A DNA stretch of 15,404 bases from Spirochaetes bacterium GWF1_51_8. GTDB lineage: Bacteria > Spirochaetota > Brevinematia > Brevinematales > GWF1-51-8. The translations under genes and the position numbers were made by a program. Of the stretch, positions 13,389-15,404 are shown piece by piece (position 1 is the first letter of the stretch; the number at the start of each line of letters is the position of its first letter). The stretch covers positions 123,141-138,544 of the forward strand of contig MIBE01000032.1 in NCBI GenBank assembly GCA_001829415.1. The letters run 5' to 3'. The notes beneath the pieces were generated by a model. That model had not been told where the DNA came from, ran no database searches, and worked only from the letters and a program-made list of their open reading frames with translations.

Positions 13389-14396
13389 TTAAATATAGTT
13401 ATACACGTAGCGGTAGATCGTGTTCTTCACACGGTCGCTCATCCGGTGGAACTGGAGATGGATGATGAACATGTTCTTTTTCTTCACGATGTTCAGCACG
13501 CTCCCGTAGGCGATATAACTTTCCTCGTTGATCGAGAAGTCGAGCTTGAGGTTACTTCCCTTCTTCACCGGCTCGTCGGACATGATCGAAGCGCCGCCGG
13601 GGCTGATATCGATCACGACGCCGAAATGGGTCTTGCCGAGGAGCGCGACCGGCTTGCCCTGCTCGGAAGTGGTGATGCTGAAACGGAAAAACTTGCTCGT
13701 GAAACGCGCCTTCCTGCGGGGATACTCGCGGCGCTGGATCCGTTTGATATCGGCAGTGTGCGCGATCAGAAGAGACTGGAGACGCTTGCTGTTCACGACG
13801 TTTTCGATTGTGCTTTTAAAGATATAGCCCGCGTCGTTGTAACGCCAGAAGTAGATTTCGACCGGTTTGTCCTTCCAGTCGAGAGAGAACGGCTCTTTGA
13901 TCTCGGGCATCGAGCAGATCAGGTTCTTGCGGTCGTTCATAATGAGGATGGTGTAGAACTTGCCGAGGCTTCCGACCTTCATCGACAGGAGCTGGTTCGC
14001 TTCGATCTCCATCGTACTGCGGAGCCCTTCGCGCATACTGTAGTAATGGTTATAGATTTTACGTTTGATCTCGAAGAGCGACAGAATGCGCTTTTCTTTT
14101 TCTTCGGGGGAAAGGTTCGATTTTTCGATTCCCTGGATGTTTTCGAGGACGACCTTTTCCAGCAGTCCGGCGTCCGAGAAGATCAGGTACGGCTTCGAGA
14201 TACCGGACTTGACAAGGATATCCTTGACTTCTTTGATATCGTTTTTGCTCAGTCCGACCGAAAGAGCGAGCTGATTGAACTCGGTGGAGAACGGCTTCCC
14301 TTTCTGTTTCTTCTGCATGTTATGCACGAGGACAGCGATGAGGACGGAAATAGTCAGCACGAGAACGAAAATAATGATGAGCGCGATAATCGGCAC
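13389..14396 (-). CDS. Membrane-anchored PilZ-domain c-di-GMP receptor (YcgR-like N-domain plus PilZ)
   Basis: N-terminal TM helix MPIIALIIIFVLVLTISVLIAVLV. PilZ signature RxxxR (QRREYPRRKARF) and D-x-S-x-x-G (VIDISPGGASIMS). The start is GTG, with GGGGG 5 nt upstream, 12 nt after the TPR gene stop. Confidence 0.85.
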   Translation of the reverse strand: MPIIALIIIFVLVLTISVLIAVLVHNMQKKQKGKPFSTEFNQLALSVGLSKNDIKEVKDILVKSGISKPYLIFSDAGLLEKVVLENIQGIEKSNLSPEEKEKRILSLFEIKRKIYNHYYSMREGLRSTMEIEANQLLSMKVGSLGKFYTILIMNDRKNLICSMPEIKEPFSLDWKDKPVEIYFWRYNDAGYIFKSTIENVVNSKRLQSLLIAHTADIKRIQRREYPRRKARFTSKFFRFSITTSEQGKPVALLGKTHFGVVIDISPGGASIMSDEPVKKGSNLKLDFSINEESYIAYGSVLNIVKKKNMFIIHLQFHRMSDRVKNTIYRYVYNYI

Positions 14397-14408
14397 GTCA
14401 GCCCCCGT

Positions 14409-14990
14409 TTAGAATTTTACTTCTTTACCGTATTTCCCCCAAACCTCGTTGTATAAAAGTTTCAGTTTCGTGAATACCTGCGGATACTTGCTCTGTATTT
14501 CCGCCTCGAGCTTGTCGATCTCCATCGTGAGCTGTTCGGCTTCCATCGTGTCGCCCTTGAGCTTGAGCGAGATCGCGCGCATGATAAGCGAGAGGTAGTA
14601 ACGTTCCTTCGATTTACCGGCGTTCTCGGGAAGCAGGTATTTATCGGTCGCGATCTTGTAGTACTTCGACGCGAGATTGTATACCCCTTCACGGAAGTAA
14701 ATCTCGCCGAGGTTGAAGTAGATATCCGCTTCGTTAGGCAGATACTGGGTGGCGTTTTCGTAATATTTGATCGCGGTTGAATAGGCTTTCTTGTGCATCA
14801 ACCAGTCGCCCATTCCCTTGAAACGGAGGCCGATGATCTGGTTCTTGTCCGCGCTGATCAAACGGAATCCGTTGACCTGAAACTCGGACTTGACGGGGAG
14901 ATTCGGCGGTAACGCTATCGCGGTGCCGACCCCGATAATAACCAGACTAAGCGCAACTATGACCGAACATTTCCGAAACTTTCCAGACAT
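14409..14990 (-). CDS. Membrane-anchored or secreted TPR-repeat protein
   Basis: N-terminal anchor MSGKFRKCSVIVALSLVIIGVGTAIA. TPR-like repeats (AYSTAIKYYENATQYLPNEADIYFNLGEIYFREGVYNLASKYYKIA). AGGAG lies 6 nt before the ATG. The 5' end overlaps the murC 3' end by 44 nt. Confidence 0.8.
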   Translation of the reverse strand: MSGKFRKCSVIVALSLVIIGVGTAIALPPNLPVKSEFQVNGFRLISADKNQIIGLRFKGMGDWLMHKKAYSTAIKYYENATQYLPNEADIYFNLGEIYFREGVYNLASKYYKIATDKYLLPENAGKSKERYYLSLIMRAISLKLKGDTMEAEQLTMEIDKLEAEIQSKYPQVFTKLKLLYNEVWGKYGKEVKF

Positions 14991-15404
14991 CTCCCGCTCC
15001 TAATGTGATCACGATGGAATCGGAATGAAGATAGGGCTGTAGCGCCTCGGTGACATCGTCGAGGCTTTTCAGGTAGAGCACGTTGTCCTCGCCCATGATC
15101 TTTATGATCTCATCGTAAATAATTTTCGTGGAAATATTGTGAATATTCTCTTCGCGCGCGGCGTAAATCTCGGTCAGGACGACCTTATCAGCTTCGGCGA
15201 GAGACTTGGCGAAATCCTTATAAAAATGCTCGGTGCGCGAGTACAGGTGCGGCTGGAATACGGCGATCAACTGCGCGTTCTGCTTATCTGAGAGCTTCCT
15301 CGCGGCGGATAATGTCGCGCGGATTTCCGAGGGGTGATGGGCGTAGTCGTCGATCACGGTCAGGTGCTCCTCGGTATGCTTGACCTGGAAACGGCGGTTC
15401 GCGT
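14947..15404 (-). CDS. murC: UDP-N-acetylmuramate--L-alanine ligase, C-terminal part (N-terminus lies beyond the window edge)
   Basis: The frame stays open to the window end. My translation upstream of the track's 'M' reads ANRRFQVKHTEEHLTV-IDDYAHHPSEIRATL. The RRF and DDYAHHP(S/T)E motifs are diagnostic for MurC, and the C-terminal ITLGAGDV is typical of Mur ligases. Confidence 0.9.
   Translation of the reverse strand, partial: ANRRFQVKHTEEHLTVIDDYAHHPSEIRATLSAARKLSDKQNAQLIAVFQPHLYSRTEHFYKDFAKSLAEADKVVLTEIYAAREENIHNISTKIIYDEIIKIMGEDNVLYLKSLDDVTEALQPYLHSDSIVITLGAGDVWKVSEMFGHSCA

Noticed and set aside
13446-14456. 336-aa plus-strand ORF opposite the PilZ gene
   Set aside because: The minus-strand product has a TM anchor and both PilZ signature motifs. 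The plus-strand product is Asp/Glu/Leu/Arg-rich, lacks motifs and an RBS, and runs across the TPR/PilZ gene junction.
1-15404. CRISPR arrays, IS elements or transposases, integrases, rRNA/tRNA genes and known defence or toxin-antitoxin modules
   Set aside because: I found no regularly spaced repeats, no recombinase or transposase motifs in any long ORF, and no recognisable RNA gene consensus on reading through both strands.

Overview
Chromosomal window from a diderm (Gram-negative-type) bacterium. It has an outer-membrane TonB-dependent receptor, ExbB/ExbD/TonB, a LapA-like protein and a lipobox lipoprotein. The lineage cannot be determined by eye; the CG-rich codon style and PilZ/TPR content are compatible with a spirochaete-like organism, but that is a guess. 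Layout: (1) 304-2989 (+), an aroF (DAHP synthase)-tyrA-cmk operon. (2) 2990-6606, an accessory-looking block: a low-GC 2-TM protein, then an operon of two paralogous secreted HEAT-like proteins plus a lipoprotein ending in a clean terminator, then two tandem mini-ORFs below the ORF-track length cutoff, a decayed copy of the radA 3' end, and a low-GC orphan secreted protein. (3) 6607-8309 (-), lapA-like and radA with a good sigma70-type promoter. (4) 8527-12997 (+), a translationally coupled TonB-dependent receptor-ExbB-ExbD-ExbD-TonB module. (5) 12998-13388, a 391-bp convergent gap with no credible ORF. (6) 13389-15404 (-), murC (partial)-TPR-PilZ. I saw no CRISPR array, rRNA or tRNA, transposase, integrase or recognisable defence gene. 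The most unusual structure is an imperfect ~86/102-nt direct duplication of the radA 3' end. It brackets a ~1-kb low-GC single-gene segment and looks like an integration scar. Other candidates are the tandem mini-TM peptides, the secreted HEAT-pair/lipoprotein operon and the large convergent gap. All functional calls come from motif recognition by eye, with no database search.
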